From a virus: DNA of 64,000 nucleotides. Where the stretch lies: positions 39,933 through 103,932 of the IMG/VR virus record IMGVR_UViG_3300020732_000008, one strand, 5' to 3'. The notes beneath the pieces are model-generated. The model searched no databases. It was not told the DNA's origin and saw only the letters and a program-made list of their open reading frames with translations. Below, piece by piece: positions 9,678 through 21,299 of the stretch. Position 1 is the first letter of the stretch. Every line of letters starts with the position of its first letter. Both the position numbers and the translations under genes were made by a program.

Positions 9678-9980
9678 TTACTGGTATACGCCAGAGATGA
9701 AGAAATCTACTGCTGATGCAGCATCTGCTGTTACTACTACCAAGTCGCTTGGGTTAGCAACAAGACGTGCATCAAAGTTAACTGTTCCGTTTGCTGGAAC
9801 TTGAAGATTTGTGCAGAAAGAATATCCGCCAACTGTAAGTGTTACGTAGCGGGTATTGGCTGTCTTGTTTGACAAGACAACGTTAGTGATGATTGCGGCT
9901 GTAGATGCTGTGATGCTTACGCCAGAGTCGGTAGTACCTGCGGTACCACGACGAATAAGTGTTACTGTAGGTGTAGCCAT
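9678..9980 (-). CDS. Small virion structural protein
   Basis: IITNVVLSN...VDFFISGV pattern; SD upstream. Confidence 0.6.
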   Translation of the reverse strand: MATPTVTLIRRGTAGTTDSGVSITASTAAIITNVVLSNKTANTRYVTLTVGGYSFCTNLQVPANGTVNFDARLVANPSDLVVVTADAASAVDFFISGVYQ

Positions 9981-10318
9981 TATGCTAGAACTCCCATGTA
10001 TGCGTAGGTTTGGATATTACTTGCTGTTGAAGATACCGCAGCAACCTGAGTGGCTCCTGCAGAGTTTACTGCTGATACTTGAGTAGTTCCAGCGGTGTTA
10101 ACGAGACCAACCTGAGTTGTTCCTGTTGTTGTAATAGTAGATACCTGGTTTGATGTGGCTGCCACAATGTCATTGACACCCAAAACAGAACCGAGGGTTA
10201 CTAAAGCGTTTGCGTAGTATGCGTAGTCCGATGCTGAGCTGACTCCACCAGCAAGGGTGGTTGTCATGTCCGCAGTTAGCGCATTGATCTGCGTTTGCAG
10301 TGTTGCGTAGCTTGTCAT
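9980..10318 (-). CDS. Structural hypothetical protein
   Basis: GTTQV/GATQV repeats; coupled to the next gene. Confidence 0.6.
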   Translation of the reverse strand: MTSYATLQTQINALTADMTTTLAGGVSSASDYAYYANALVTLGSVLGVNDIVAATSNQVSTITTTGTTQVGLVNTAGTTQVSAVNSAGATQVAAVSSTASNIQTYAYMGVLA

Positions 10319-10394
10319 TGTGGGGATTACCTGCTTTCCAAGGTTTCTAGAAGTATATCAGATTTGACAAACCTGGATACTTTAAGTAAGGAGA

Positions 10395-13300
10395 TTATGC
10401 CTGGGCTTCCGTCCAGGACAAACGAGCTGAGATTTGTGATGACGATGCACCGATGTTGGTAGCCAAAATCACCAATACGTCAGGACCGTTAGGGAATCCT
10501 GGGGTAGAGACGTTTCCGTTACCAGACATGTATGAGTTTCCGATGTCTTTTGCACCAATAAGAGAGTACACAGAAGAGTTGTAGTTTGAAGCTCCACCAC
10601 CGTTTTCAGAGAAGAACGAGAAGATAGAGTCACCGCCCTGGGCTACTGCTGATGCGGTCTGGATAGCTCCTTGACCATAGCCATTATCGAAGAAGATAGC
10701 TTGAGCCAAAGAGGACTGACCAACAGAGTCACGGGTCCAGTCGTTAGGTAGACCTGTATAACCAACCTGAGGTGTGAAGGTAATAGTTCCAGACACTGTG
10801 GTTGTATTAGCTACGCTTAGGTATACCACTGAACCACTGATAGCTGTGATATACGCACCAGATCCAATACCTGTACCAGACACAGTCATACCAACCTGAA
10901 GGCCTGTAGTACCACCGGTATTCAGAGCTGCGTCAGAGATAGTGATCGTGCTCTGACCTGAGGTTCCTGCAACTGTAGAACGGGTAGCAGCAAGCTGAGC
11001 AGTGGTAAGGGTGTTATAGCTAATAGACGATGGGTTCAAGATAACGTCGATACGGTATGAGCCGTTAGTCTGGACACCCACAGATTGAAGCTGGAGGGCC
11101 ATGCGGTTGATCAACTCACGAATACCGAAGTTACGTGCTTGAGCGTTATCCACTGTAGGGGCTACACGGATTGCGATCAATGGACGGGTAACACCGGCCG
11201 CAATCTGCTGATACTTAGTCATACCAGCTGTAAAGATTGGGAGCAAGTCAGCCTGGTATCCGCCATCCATAACTACTGAAGAACCCCAGTGCTGGATGAT
11301 AGGTGCGCAGTTCTGAGTAATAGGTAGGACTGAAACCTGTGCGTTTCCACCAGTTCCTGTAAATGAAGAGTCAGCAGCAAATGTTACTGGGTTCAATGTA
11401 CCTGAGTATGTAAATGGCTGGTCGGGGTATGTCATGGTTACTGAGGCACGACGTTGTGAGATCGTAATTGGATAAGCATTAAGAGTTGTATTCAACGCAC
11501 CAATAGATGAGATCTGCATGATTTCAAGGTTAGTATCATCCTTAACTACGATATAACCTGGATTTGCCCATTCCCAAATAGCATCAGCTTGAACGTACAT
11601 AGTCGTATCGTTAGGTGCTAATTGAGACCCGATTACACCAGAACCTCCAGCAACCATCTTGCCGTATGTAATCGGTGAGTTATCTACTTCGTAACGAGCT
11701 GGCAGGTTACCTGACTTCTGGTAAGCAAGCTGGTTAACGTTAGAGTTAACAATACGGTGTACGTAAATGATATTTCCACGTGGACCACGAACACCGAAAC
11801 GAATAGTTCCAGCACCATACCAAGAGTAATCGATGTAGATCATCTGCATGCGCTTTGGATCGAGGTTATAGCCAGAAGGACCAGTACCATCGCACTTGTC
11901 CATGTTCCAGTTAGCTTGAGGAATACGGATATTCTGTGTGATTGTTGCACGAGCACCGGTCTGTGAAACACCCTTATAAGCTGGGGCAATGTAAAGCTGG
12001 GTATCTGAAGAGATAGCAGTAACAAGGTAAGAAGAACCCTTGATTACAATCTTTTGACCGGCCACGATCTGCTTACGGAACTGAGTTCCTACACCAGTGA
12101 TTAGTGGGCTGTACTGTGTCAAGTTAAGACGGCCGCTTAGTACCTTCTCTGAGTGGCGACGGTTAACATAAATCTCTTGTCCATCATAGGCAAAGTAGAA
12201 ACCGTTTTGCTCATCAAACATTCCAGAACGAGTCTCTGCACCCCACCAGTTAATCGCATGTGCGTATGAGGACTGTCCATTAGGTGTCAAATCACTAAAT
12301 GATACGGCCTGTGTAAGGGTAACTTTATATTGGAACACGTTCGAGTTTGTTACAGCAGTAACTGTAAACGTTCCGTTATAAGGATTGTAACCATTTGAGT
12401 TTAAAGTCTGAATATTTTCAATGTATACAACAGCACCTGCTTGCAACCCATGATCTTCCATAGTTGTTACGGTGACTGTCTGGAGTCCTACAGAGCCCGC
12501 ACCCATTGAGATTGCATCAATATTAAAGGTGGGGGTTAACTTTGCACCAGTAGAGAACTGGACTGCTTTACCCGCTTGGTAACGGAAATAACGACGTGTC
12601 TGACGAATAGCCTGAAGACCTGGTACGTTATTGTAAGTTGTAATAGCAACACCGGCATCGTATGGGCGGTGAATAACGTAACCGTCTGACTTAGTAATGA
12701 TACGTCCAGTAGATGGAACAGATACTGAGCCATACTGCTGGTATGCAGTGAATACCAAGGTGTTTACCGTTGGTACCTGCTTGATTACATAGTCACCATC
12801 AAAGGAGTTAGTTCCAGAAATAGAGATGGTTGCACCAGGATAGATTCCATGAGGGTACTGGAATGTTACTGTAATAGTAGAAGGTGTTCCGTTGTCTGTT
12901 GAAGCAGACCATGGATTCATTGTATTTGGTGCTACTAATGCCTGACCAAGGGGAAGGGTTCCTAGTCCAGCAAAGTTACCGCCTGGGATGTGTGCACCAT
13001 CAAATACGTCTCCACCGTAGACTACAGAGTCATTCTGGAAGATAGTTTCACCAGATACAACTCCACGACCACGATATGTAAAGGTGTAGATAGTAGGTGC
13101 TGAAAGAACTTGGAAGGTTCCTTCTACACGATAGTTTTGAGTTTCTTGAACGTTTATTACCTGACCTACTGAAAGGCCGTGAGGAACCGAGGTTGTTACT
13201 GTGATAATTGAGCGGGGAGAAGTTCCATCACCATAAATGGATGTTGCTGCAATAGAGTTACCGCCGTTAGGCTTAGCAAAATAGCTAGGGTAGTTAGATG

Positions 13301-13721
13301 TAAGAAAGATTGATTCCCATTTAGAAGGCTGAACTGAATATTCAAAGTCGGTATCGATCAAGGACTGCGGTGTAGAAACACGCTGCTTCTGAGCACCATC
13401 AGTTAGAGTCTCATCCGGAATGGTAGTCTGAGCGTATTCATCGACATATACCTGGATATTGTCAGTAGACAACATTGTTACGCCACTAAACTTAGCTGGG
13501 TTTAGAACAATTACGGTAGAAAGAATACCCGTTCCATTATCAACCGAGGTTACTGAGGTATAAGAGGTGCTAGGATCTGAGAAGTTGTAAAGAGTAACGT
13601 TACGTGTTACGTTAGTAATGAGCATGATGCGCTCAGGACGAATCCAACGCTCGTTAATTGTAAGGGTATAAGTAGACGGATTAAAAGTATAATCTGTCTC
13701 CTGCAATACATTTCTTGACAT
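10395..13721 (-). CDS. Large tail/baseplate-associated protein
   Basis: 1108 aa; repeated TVTT..PHGL modules; RQTRRYFRYQAGK and IDYSWYGAGTIRFG motifs of phage fibre proteins. Confidence 0.7.
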   Translation of the reverse strand: MSRNVLQETDYTFNPSTYTLTINERWIRPERIMLITNVTRNVTLYNFSDPSTSYTSVTSVDNGTGILSTVIVLNPAKFSGVTMLSTDNIQVYVDEYAQTTIPDETLTDGAQKQRVSTPQSLIDTDFEYSVQPSKWESIFLTSNYPSYFAKPNGGNSIAATSIYGDGTSPRSIITVTTSVPHGLSVGQVINVQETQNYRVEGTFQVLSAPTIYTFTYRGRGVVSGETIFQNDSVVYGGDVFDGAHIPGGNFAGLGTLPLGQALVAPNTMNPWSASTDNGTPSTITVTFQYPHGIYPGATISISGTNSFDGDYVIKQVPTVNTLVFTAYQQYGSVSVPSTGRIITKSDGYVIHRPYDAGVAITTYNNVPGLQAIRQTRRYFRYQAGKAVQFSTGAKLTPTFNIDAISMGAGSVGLQTVTVTTMEDHGLQAGAVVYIENIQTLNSNGYNPYNGTFTVTAVTNSNVFQYKVTLTQAVSFSDLTPNGQSSYAHAINWWGAETRSGMFDEQNGFYFAYDGQEIYVNRRHSEKVLSGRLNLTQYSPLITGVGTQFRKQIVAGQKIVIKGSSYLVTAISSDTQLYIAPAYKGVSQTGARATITQNIRIPQANWNMDKCDGTGPSGYNLDPKRMQMIYIDYSWYGAGTIRFGVRGPRGNIIYVHRIVNSNVNQLAYQKSGNLPARYEVDNSPITYGKMVAGGSGVIGSQLAPNDTTMYVQADAIWEWANPGYIVVKDDTNLEIMQISSIGALNTTLNAYPITISQRRASVTMTYPDQPFTYSGTLNPVTFAADSSFTGTGGNAQVSVLPITQNCAPIIQHWGSSVVMDGGYQADLLPIFTAGMTKYQQIAAGVTRPLIAIRVAPTVDNAQARNFGIRELINRMALQLQSVGVQTNGSYRIDVILNPSSISYNTLTTAQLAATRSTVAGTSGQSTITISDAALNTGGTTGLQVGMTVSGTGIGSGAYITAISGSVVYLSVANTTTVSGTITFTPQVGYTGLPNDWTRDSVGQSSLAQAIFFDNGYGQGAIQTASAVAQGGDSIFSFFSENGGGASNYNSSVYSLIGAKDIGNSYMSGNGNVSTPGFPNGPDVLVILATNIGASSSQISARLSWTEAQA

Positions 13722-13734
13722 TTAGTAGACCTTC

Positions 13735-14145
13735 CTAGATCAGGTAAATCGGCGGTATAACAGAGGTTGCGGTTGTTACATAAGTTGTGTTAATGTTCTT
13801 AGGGAAGTAAAATCCAATACCCATTCTAGCATCTGCAATGACCTGTGCGTTCAAAGCAGTATCACCAGGCGTTCCAGCAGGACCAGTTACTCCGGGGGCT
13901 CCTGTAGGTCCAGTCGCTCCTGCAGCTCCTGCAGCTCCTGCAGCGCCAGTAGGTCCTGTTGGACCCGTTACTGAGGCACCCGCAGGTCCTGAAGCATAAG
14001 GTAGAGAATTCCAAGTAGTGACTCCGTCACCAATTTTAAATTTAGATGTATCTGTTTCTAGGGCTAACTCACCCTGGGCTAATAGAGTATTAGCAGCAGT
14101 CCATTGTGCGGCTGTTCCACGACGTAACTGTAGCTGAATAGACAT
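13735..14145 (-). CDS. Collagen-like fibre protein with Mtd/hyaluronidase-type N-terminal domain
   Basis: QLRRGTAAQW...GELALETDTSKFKIGDG..WNSLPY followed by Gly-X-Y repeats. Confidence 0.8.
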   Translation of the reverse strand: MSIQLQLRRGTAAQWTAANTLLAQGELALETDTSKFKIGDGVTTWNSLPYASGPAGASVTGPTGPTGAAGAAGAAGATGPTGAPGVTGPAGTPGDTALNAQVIADARMGIGFYFPKNINTTYVTTATSVIPPIYLI

Positions 14146-14477
14146 CAGACTCCTCCGAAGTTAATAGCGGCAACTCCGCCGTAATTTGTTGTGGGCCCAC
14201 CACCATCTACATTGATAATGCTAGCACCTTGGGCACCCGTTGGTCCTGTTGGACCTGGAATAGTTGAAGCAGCACCTGTCGGACCTGCGATACCTGTAGC
14301 ACCTGTAGGTCCTTGAGGACCGGTAGGGCCAGGAACTGTAGACGCAGCACCAGTTGGACCTGTAGGTCCGGAGGTTGTTGATACAGAGATCCAGGCTACA
14401 CCTGTCCATTGCCAAGTACGAGTTCCGTATGTATAGCTTTGTCCAGGGGTAGGAGAAGCTGGGAAATTAATAGCCAT
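14145..14477 (-). CDS. Collagen-like fibre protein
   Basis: INFPASPTPGQSY..RTWQWTG.AW motif plus GPT repeats. Confidence 0.75.
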   Translation of the reverse strand: MAINFPASPTPGQSYTYGTRTWQWTGVAWISVSTTSGPTGPTGAASTVPGPTGPQGPTGATGIAGPTGAASTIPGPTGPTGAQGASIINVDGGGPTTNYGGVAAINFGGV

Positions 14478-14479
14478 TG

Positions 14480-16075
14480 TTACCTCACGTAGATTTCTAC
14501 TCGTGCTGAACGGTTAATACCTGTGTATGTCTGGCAGCAGTTGATCTGATCACCGGCTGAGTAGTTACCGAATGAGCTATCCATACCAATACCGCCACCA
14601 ACGTCATCGGATCCTGGAGCACCACCACTTGCTAGAGTAGCTGGGCTAGTATACGGCCCCTCACTGTTCTCATTCCAGATAAAGCCCCAACGAATACGGT
14701 CGTATGTTGGATAAGAAGAGTTGTAATAGTTTTGACCGTTAAATCCATAAAAGTGAATGTCAGCTTGAGTAGAGAATATGCCCTGTGTTTGACCAGTTCC
14801 TGGAAATGTCAATGCATCTTGAACAAAGTATCCACCGTAGTTATACGGACTGCGACTAACGTAGCTTCCTATGCTTCCACCATTAGTTGGATCAAAAGAG
14901 CTAAACATATTTAATGGAGATATTCTTGTACCGGCATAGAAGTTCTTTTGTTCCCAAGTCCAGTTTCCGTTATATCCACCTGGTAGAGAACCACCAGGTG
15001 TAGTGATATCTGGCCAAACTGCAAGCATGTCTTGAGCCTGGAAGTAGTTAAAGACATCGTACTTGGCGTCCGCATTAGCACGAGTTAAATCCGTAGGGTT
15101 AAGGGTATTAGCTGTAGTCCAATAAGAGGCTGAGTAATTAAAGGTGGTTCCACGAGTGGCCTTCATAGCCATCATCCATCCACCACCGTCAGCTTGTGGA
15201 TCCATCAAACAGTAGACCTGTTGAGCTTGACCGTTTAGCCAGATCCAGTAAACACCGTTTGTAGTGTAACCGTAATCTCGTTGGAGCTGTTGAGCTGAGA
15301 ACCCTGGGGTTGCAGAAGTCAATCCATCGCCAGCAATGTTGTATCCCTGATACCTAGTGGCTAATGCGTTGTAGTTCTGTAACACATCTGATGCACTTAG
15401 TGCGTAGTTTCCATAGTAGTGAAAGTTTCCAAAATATCCACGGAAGTAACCCTGGTCATCCGCAGCACCACTAGAACCAGCACCCATAGATATTGTATTG
15501 TTACTACCACTTGATGAGTATGATACGTTGCTCTGAGTAGCGACCAATACTCCATTTATGTAGAGATTTTGTGTTTGCAGTGCGTAGTTAAAAGTGAGCA
15601 CTACGTAATACCAGACACCTGCTGTAAAAACTCCGGAGTAAAGTCGGTTTACATACGTTGTGCCTTGCCACACTTTACCAAAGAACGTTTGTGCAATAGA
15701 GGCTACCGGTGGCATTCTCCAGCCACTGGTATTAGACATCATTAAAATATTTCCGCTTTGTGTTTGAGGCATTACCCAAACTCCCATAGACCAGGAATTT
15801 GTTGCACTACCTGAATAAGGTAGGGGCGTGTTTATAGTGATTGCGCCACTTACGCCGTTGGTAAACCAAGACCCACCTCCCTTAGTGGTCCACGTTGCGC
15901 TGCTCTGTGTAGCCGTTGCATTGTATGCAGAGCCACCAGAAGCTAGGTTAATCCAAGAATTAAAAACCCCGTTATTTCCTGAAGCAGGGGTGGGCCCATC
16001 TAGGTGGCAAAGTAAACCAGTTTTAACTAAATGATTTACACCACCTGGAGTAAGAGCTGCGGCACTAAAGGACAT
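14480..16075 (-). CDS. Lectin-like receptor-binding protein (LamG/ConA domain plus fibrinogen-C-like domain)
   Basis: WYYVVLTF...LYINGVL...ALSASDVLQNYNA (LamG); NGVYWI...QVYCLMD...GGGWMM (fibrinogen-C N-terminal motif). Confidence 0.8.
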   Translation of the reverse strand: MSFSAAALTPGGVNHLVKTGLLCHLDGPTPASGNNGVFNSWINLASGGSAYNATATQSSATWTTKGGGSWFTNGVSGAITINTPLPYSGSATNSWSMGVWVMPQTQSGNILMMSNTSGWRMPPVASIAQTFFGKVWQGTTYVNRLYSGVFTAGVWYYVVLTFNYALQTQNLYINGVLVATQSNVSYSSSGSNNTISMGAGSSGAADDQGYFRGYFGNFHYYGNYALSASDVLQNYNALATRYQGYNIAGDGLTSATPGFSAQQLQRDYGYTTNGVYWIWLNGQAQQVYCLMDPQADGGGWMMAMKATRGTTFNYSASYWTTANTLNPTDLTRANADAKYDVFNYFQAQDMLAVWPDITTPGGSLPGGYNGNWTWEQKNFYAGTRISPLNMFSSFDPTNGGSIGSYVSRSPYNYGGYFVQDALTFPGTGQTQGIFSTQADIHFYGFNGQNYYNSSYPTYDRIRWGFIWNENSEGPYTSPATLASGGAPGSDDVGGGIGMDSSFGNYSAGDQINCCQTYTGINRSARVEIYVR

Positions 16076-19000
16076 TAGAGAATGTCACCCATTACTACCC
16101 AAGTATCAACTGCAACTTTGTGAAGAACTGCTGCGCTGTACTGGGTTCTAGTCTTAGGCTGTGTTGGGCTAGATCCTGCAGACTGAAGAGTCGTTGTAAG
16201 AGGGAACTGAGCAGAGAGGGTTACGGTTCCTGTTCCAGCTTGAACAATAGTCAGGGTTGTACCAACTGGGTAGGGTGTAGACGAGTTAGTTGGTATGTTT
16301 ACCTGAGTAGCTGTAGAAGTATTCATGTAAACAAACGCCGAGGAATCGGATAAGACTGGCACGTATTGATTAGCCGTCTGAGTATTGACGTTAGTCAAGA
16401 TAGACTTATTAGATAAGGTCTGAGCAGCAGAAGCTGTCACAGCAACTGTAGTGTCTAGTGTGATCTGACCAGTTACAGGGTTAGCAATGATTCCGTTGCC
16501 AAAGTCTGTATAGCCAGCAATCTTTTCAAACAAGATAGGTGTTGTACCAAAGACGCCTGTAGACGACATCTTACACTGCCAGCTTGTTCCACCATAAGTG
16601 TTTCCAAGGTTAACCTGAACAATAGATGCTGCCATCTTTGATGGAGTATCAGCGTCATTGTCTCGAATGAGTACAGTCTGTACTCCAGTAGCTCCAGGAG
16701 TAATACAAAGCCAGATACCATTTTGAACTGGATTTGTTTGATCCTTAAGAAGTACACGATCATTATATTGAACCGTGTATCCATCAACAACGAGTGGGCC
16801 CGTAGCGGTTAGTACAAACTGATCAGCGGCTGTAAGTGGGTCGTTTCCATAACCAAAACCACCAACTGTGTAAACTCCAGGATAGTTAACTGCATTAGAT
16901 GCAGACTGAACGCTCTGGTGTACTTGGTATTGAACCCATTCTGGGGCAAACTGTCCATAGCCACCGTAGGACATTAGCAGTTGTCCTGCTTGTCCAGCAC
17001 CAGGAGACTGTACTACCGCATTAAATGGGATTATATCTGTTCCAATAGTTCCTACAGCATCTGTATAGGTTGTAAAGGATTGTCCACCGTTATAGTTTCC
17101 CTGAAGAACTTGAATAATTGCAGCAGCAAGTTTAGGAAGAGTATCAGAATCGTTATCACGAGCCATGATTGTTGAGGTACTAGATGTGCCCAACTGAGTT
17201 ACTACATAGACTCCGTTTTGACTTTGATCGGCCTGATCTTTTACAAGTACACGGCAGTCATAGATAAGTGGGAATCCATCAATAGTGGGTACGCCATAAG
17301 CGGTGAATGTTAGTGTCTGAACACTTAGAGGATAATCATTTGTGGTGTTTCCTGAAAGATTAGAGGTAACACTCAAAGGACCCGTAGTTGCAACAAATAC
17401 AGGCTCTTTAATATTAAGCTGAACGAATTCAGGTCCACCATTAACGATGTTTCCATAAGACATCAAGAAGTTACCAGCAGTTGTAGAACCTACGGTTGTT
17501 TGCTGTACAGAGCCTGAGGAAGATCCAAATAGAATTTCACCCGGTGTTAAGCCGCCAAGAGCAGGTCCCGCAGCTCCAGTTGGTCCAGTAGCTCCTGGAG
17601 CTCCAGAAGCGCCTGTCGCACCGGTTGCACCGGTCGGTCCCCAGTAACCTGAAGGGGCAAGTTCTGCCCAAGCGTTAGTTCCACCCATTGAGGTGGTCCA
17701 GGTGTACTCAACACCTGTGTTGTCATCAATCCAGTGATCACCAACAGCAGGTGCTGTTGGAGCTGTTAGAGAGAATGTGTATTTACCAGGGCCGCTTGCA
17801 CCGGTAGCACCGGTTGCACCGGTAGCTCCAACACCTGTTGGACCTGTAGGACCAACTAAACCGGTTGCACCAGTTGGACCAGTAGCACCTACACCAGTAG
17901 CACCAGTAGCACCAGTGGAACCCGTTGGGCCTACACCACCTGTAGCACCTACAGGTCCTATAGAGCCTGTAGGGCCTTGTACTCCAGTAGGGCCAGTAGC
18001 ACCTGTAGGTCCAACTTGTCCCGTTGCACCGGTAGGTCCAAGGCTTCCAGTAACTGTAAAGTTAATATTATCGACACCGATAACAATGCTGTTTAATGTT
18101 CCAGAACCTTCTTGGTACTGAATAGCATTAAGACCAGCACGTGTGCTACCGATTTGAACGTAAAGGTAGTCGCCTGCTTCAACCTGCATTGCAACATGGT
18201 TGTCGTAGTCCGAAGCACGAGTAAGGATTGTTGGATTACCCTGTGAATCAGAAAGACGTGTTACTACATAGATGCCGTTCTGACGAGCATCAGATTGGGT
18301 ATTAATAAGAACACGATCAAGAACATTTGGGGTAAATCCGTCAACAATAAATGGGTACATGGTTGCTGCAGCGATTGTTAATGTAGCACCAACACCAAAT
18401 CCACCATCAGCACCTTGAGTACCGCCTGTATAGGTAGCAACATATGGCTGAGTAGATTCAAGACGTACAGAGTTGTGTGCGTTAGCTTGACCAGCAGGTC
18501 CCATTGGACCTGTATCACCCTTAGGGCCTGTAGATCCAGTTGTACCAGCTAAACCTTGCGCACCAGTATCACCCTTAGGTCCTGTTGGACCGGTAGCACC
18601 CGTTGCACCGGCAACGCCTGCTCCTGTAGCACCTGTCGCACCAGTAGGTCCTGGAACTGTTGAAGCAGCACCGGTGGCACCTGTAGGTCCAATTAATCCA
18701 ATTGGTCCTTGAGATCCTGTGGGTCCTGTGGCACCAGTAGATCCAGTTGCGCCCACATTTCCTTGAGCTCCAGTTGCCCCAGTTGGGCCTTGTAATCCTG
18801 TTGCTCCTGTAGAACCCGTAGGTCCAACAGCTCCTGTTTCACCCGTCGCTCCTGTGGCACCTGTTGCTCCTGTCGCCCCTGATAATCCTGTTGCACCAGT
18901 TGGTCCTGCAGAACCAGTTGGTCCAACAATGTTTTGAATGTCATGCCAAGCGCCGCTGTTCCAAATCCAAAGAGCACCAGCAACTACATATGCGTCGCCA

Positions 19001-19662
19001 TTATTTGCTGTTGGATGTGCAGCGATAAGCTGTGAATAAAAATCATACGCACCAAGTACGTTAATACCCTGTCCTTGTGCACCAGTAGCACCGGTAGGAC
19101 CTACGGGACCTGTCTGTCCTTGAATACCTTGCGCACCAGTAGGACCAGTGTTTCCTGTCGCACCTGTAGAACCAGTAGCTCCAGTTAAACCGGTTGCTCC
19201 TGTCGCTCCAGTTGCGCCCGTGGCACCAGTTGCTCCAGAATTACCGACTGATCCTGTTGGACCAACCGGACCTGTAACACCCTGAATGCCTTGTGCACCG
19301 GTAGCACCGGTTGCACCTGTAGCTCCAACAGAACCTGTTGGACCTTGAGCTCCCGTTGCACCATTAGGTCCTTGTGGACCTTGTGCTCCGGTTGGACCCT
19401 GAACACCTTGTTGACCTGTTGGGCCAGTAGATCCTGTCGGACCTGCATAACCTGGCGCACCAGTAGGACCGGTAGCACCGGACGCTCCAGTTGCACCGGT
19501 AGGACCTGTTACTGACGCTCCGGTAGCACCAGTAGCACCCGCTGCTCCTGTAGGACCTGTTGGGCCTTGTGGACCCGTGTATCCACGTGGTCCGGTAGAA
19601 CCGGCGTTGCTGTTATTGCCGTAGCCGCTTAAATCGGGAAAGTCAAAGTTGTCATTGCTCAC
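16075..19662 (-). CDS. Large collagen-like tail fibre protein
   Basis: Long GAT/GPT triplet tracts; three DRVL..Q....QNG(I/V)(Y/W) repeat domains. Confidence 0.85.
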   Translation of the reverse strand: MSNDNFDFPDLSGYGNNSNAGSTGPRGYTGPQGPTGPTGAAGATGATGASVTGPTGATGASGATGPTGAPGYAGPTGSTGPTGQQGVQGPTGAQGPQGPNGATGAQGPTGSVGATGATGATGAQGIQGVTGPVGPTGSVGNSGATGATGATGATGATGLTGATGSTGATGNTGPTGAQGIQGQTGPVGPTGATGAQGQGINVLGAYDFYSQLIAAHPTANNGDAYVVAGALWIWNSGAWHDIQNIVGPTGSAGPTGATGLSGATGATGATGATGETGAVGPTGSTGATGLQGPTGATGAQGNVGATGSTGATGPTGSQGPIGLIGPTGATGAASTVPGPTGATGATGAGVAGATGATGPTGPKGDTGAQGLAGTTGSTGPKGDTGPMGPAGQANAHNSVRLESTQPYVATYTGGTQGADGGFGVGATLTIAAATMYPFIVDGFTPNVLDRVLINTQSDARQNGIYVVTRLSDSQGNPTILTRASDYDNHVAMQVEAGDYLYVQIGSTRAGLNAIQYQEGSGTLNSIVIGVDNINFTVTGSLGPTGATGQVGPTGATGPTGVQGPTGSIGPVGATGGVGPTGSTGATGATGVGATGPTGATGLVGPTGPTGVGATGATGATGASGPGKYTFSLTAPTAPAVGDHWIDDNTGVEYTWTTSMGGTNAWAELAPSGYWGPTGATGATGASGAPGATGPTGAAGPALGGLTPGEILFGSSSGSVQQTTVGSTTAGNFLMSYGNIVNGGPEFVQLNIKEPVFVATTGPLSVTSNLSGNTTNDYPLSVQTLTFTAYGVPTIDGFPLIYDCRVLVKDQADQSQNGVYVVTQLGTSSTSTIMARDNDSDTLPKLAAAIIQVLQGNYNGGQSFTTYTDAVGTIGTDIIPFNAVVQSPGAGQAGQLLMSYGGYGQFAPEWVQYQVHQSVQSASNAVNYPGVYTVGGFGYGNDPLTAADQFVLTATGPLVVDGYTVQYNDRVLLKDQTNPVQNGIWLCITPGATGVQTVLIRDNDADTPSKMAASIVQVNLGNTYGGTSWQCKMSSTGVFGTTPILFEKIAGYTDFGNGIIANPVTGQITLDTTVAVTASAAQTLSNKSILTNVNTQTANQYVPVLSDSSAFVYMNTSTATQVNIPTNSSTPYPVGTTLTIVQAGTGTVTLSAQFPLTTTLQSAGSSPTQPKTRTQYSAAVLHKVAVDTWVVMGDIL

Positions 19663-20753
19663 TGAGGGTCTCCATAAGGGATAGATACCTGGTACTTAGT
19701 AAATACTTTTCCTTCAAAGTAAGTCTTAGTCTTACCTGATGAATCTTTAAACTGTAAATCCCAATACGAGGTGTGTGGAAGATCTGCAGTGTCTGCACCC
19801 GTTAAGTACATTGTGAGGGTGTCTGTAATTCCGCCATTAGCACCTGATGCAGACTTGCTGAATGTTGGAGTAGCAAGAATAAGAGGTCCAATGGTGTTGT
19901 CTGGAAAATCAGTAAACATGCGGATTTGTGCAAATGGCGTAAAGGTTGAGATATCTGCAGCAAATGTCCAGCTATGCTCATAGTCATCACCAGAGTAAAG
20001 AGATAGATCCAGTTCTTGTACGGGACCAGATGGTGTGGCATCTCCGTAATTTGGCATCTCCAAGTATACACGCTGTGGCAATGAGCCATCGTCCACTTCT
20101 TGAGGAATATAGATCGGGACATAACGGTTTGTGCGTGGTGCAACACGTCGTAGATCAAATACGGTTACAGCATGCATACCAATATCCAAAAGCTGGCATA
20201 GCTCTTTGTACTGCTCACGACGCTGGTAGATAATCTCCATAAGTTGGCGATAACGCTGTGAGCGAGGGATTGTCACACCGTCTGGTGAGGAGATATCGAT
20301 ATCAAAAGATGCATCTGTAGCAAGGGTATAGAGAGCTTGAATAGAAGCCAACAGAGCAATTGGATACTCATTTACATGGCTAATGTTCTGGATTGTTGGC
20401 TTGACCCCATTAACGGTAGTCATAAACTTACTGTGCTGTTCAAAGGCATCCCAGATGTAATGGTTAACTTCAACATCTGTAAAGTATTTGTAAGATAGAC
20501 CGGAGATAACCACAGTCTGAGTGGATGTAGGTATGTAAGGAAGAACTACAAGTCCTGTTACTTCTTCTACTGTGCAATCGTTAGATACCTCAGTACCATT
20601 GATGGTTACTGAAAGGCTTTGAGCATTAACTGGGGCTACCGTCAGTTGAAAACGGCTATCGTGCCCATTACCAGCAAAGGATTCTGTAAATGAACGGGCA
20701 ATATCACCAAGCTCTGCTCTAACTCGGTTAGAGAGACTAACTATATTTGCCAC
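19659..20753 (-). CDS. Putative head-tail connector/adaptor
   Basis: RVRAELGD N-terminus, [10 protein letters not shown]; second gene after the major capsid gene. Confidence 0.5.
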   Translation of the reverse strand: MANIVSLSNRVRAELGDIARSFTESFAGNGHDSRFQLTVAPVNAQSLSVTINGTEVSNDCTVEEVTGLVVLPYIPTSTQTVVISGLSYKYFTDVEVNHYIWDAFEQHSKFMTTVNGVKPTIQNISHVNEYPIALLASIQALYTLATDASFDIDISSPDGVTIPRSQRYRQLMEIIYQRREQYKELCQLLDIGMHAVTVFDLRRVAPRTNRYVPIYIPQEVDDGSLPQRVYLEMPNYGDATPSGPVQELDLSLYSGDDYEHSWTFAADISTFTPFAQIRMFTDFPDNTIGPLILATPTFSKSASGANGGITDTLTMYLTGADTADLPHTSYWDLQFKDSSGKTKTYFEGKVFTKYQVSIPYGDPQ

Positions 20754-20811
20754 TAATCCTCCAAAGTTTGATGTTCATATAATCCCAGTATTACATAGGA
20801 TACGTCTGCAT

Positions 20812-20854
20812 AAAAAAGACCCCACTCCTACAGGAGGGCGTAGTAGGAGTGAGG
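20812..20854 (-). terminator. Intrinsic terminator after the capsid operon
   Basis: CACTCCTAC/GTAGGAGTG stem followed by a U-tract on the minus strand. Confidence 0.7.
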
Positions 20855-20869
20855 AACCTGTGTTGCAGC

Positions 20870-21235
20870 TTAGAGTCGGCTGTCTAGGTAGCCTTTTTCT
20901 CGTAGATGCGTTGCTACATTGCTAGGGACTTTATACTTTCCACCAGCTTTGAATGAGTAGTGATTGCCTACTCCCACTGTTACGAAATCAAGATCTTCGA
21001 TGACACGAATAACTTCGCTCTCATCGGCAGATGTAACTCCGAGATCTTCAACTTCGTCAATTACTGTTGCAATTGGTCCCTTAGTGAGATCAAGGGTTTC
21101 TGTCGCTAGTTTATGCTGCGCTTCCGCAGTTGCCATAGACATCTGTTCTGCACGCTTCTGAAGTTCTTCAGCGTTTGACTTTAATAGTTCTTCACGTTGA
21201 CGTCCTGTGACGTCTGTAACTTTAGCTTTTGCCAC
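20870..21235 (-). CDS. Hypothetical protein immediately after the capsid gene
   Basis: AAGGAG SD; well-formed ORF. Confidence 0.7.
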   Translation of the reverse strand: MAKAKVTDVTGRQREELLKSNAEELQKRAEQMSMATAEAQHKLATETLDLTKGPIATVIDEVEDLGVTSADESEVIRVIEDLDFVTVGVGNHYSFKAGGKYKVPSNVATHLREKGYLDSRL

Positions 21236-21299
21236 GATTATTATTCTCCTTGGGTTGTTAGGGTGGGGGAGGGCTTCAAGGTCCTCCCCCGATTACTAT

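Noticed and set aside
13735-14145. Diversity-generating retroelement suggested by the Mtd-like N-terminal domain
   Set aside because: No reverse transcriptase or TR/VR pair is seen in the window.
17777-18121. Pro/Val-rich + strand ORF (and the other antisense or alternate-frame ORFs inside long genes)
   Set aside because: These are shadows of collagen or other coding repeats and have no RBS.
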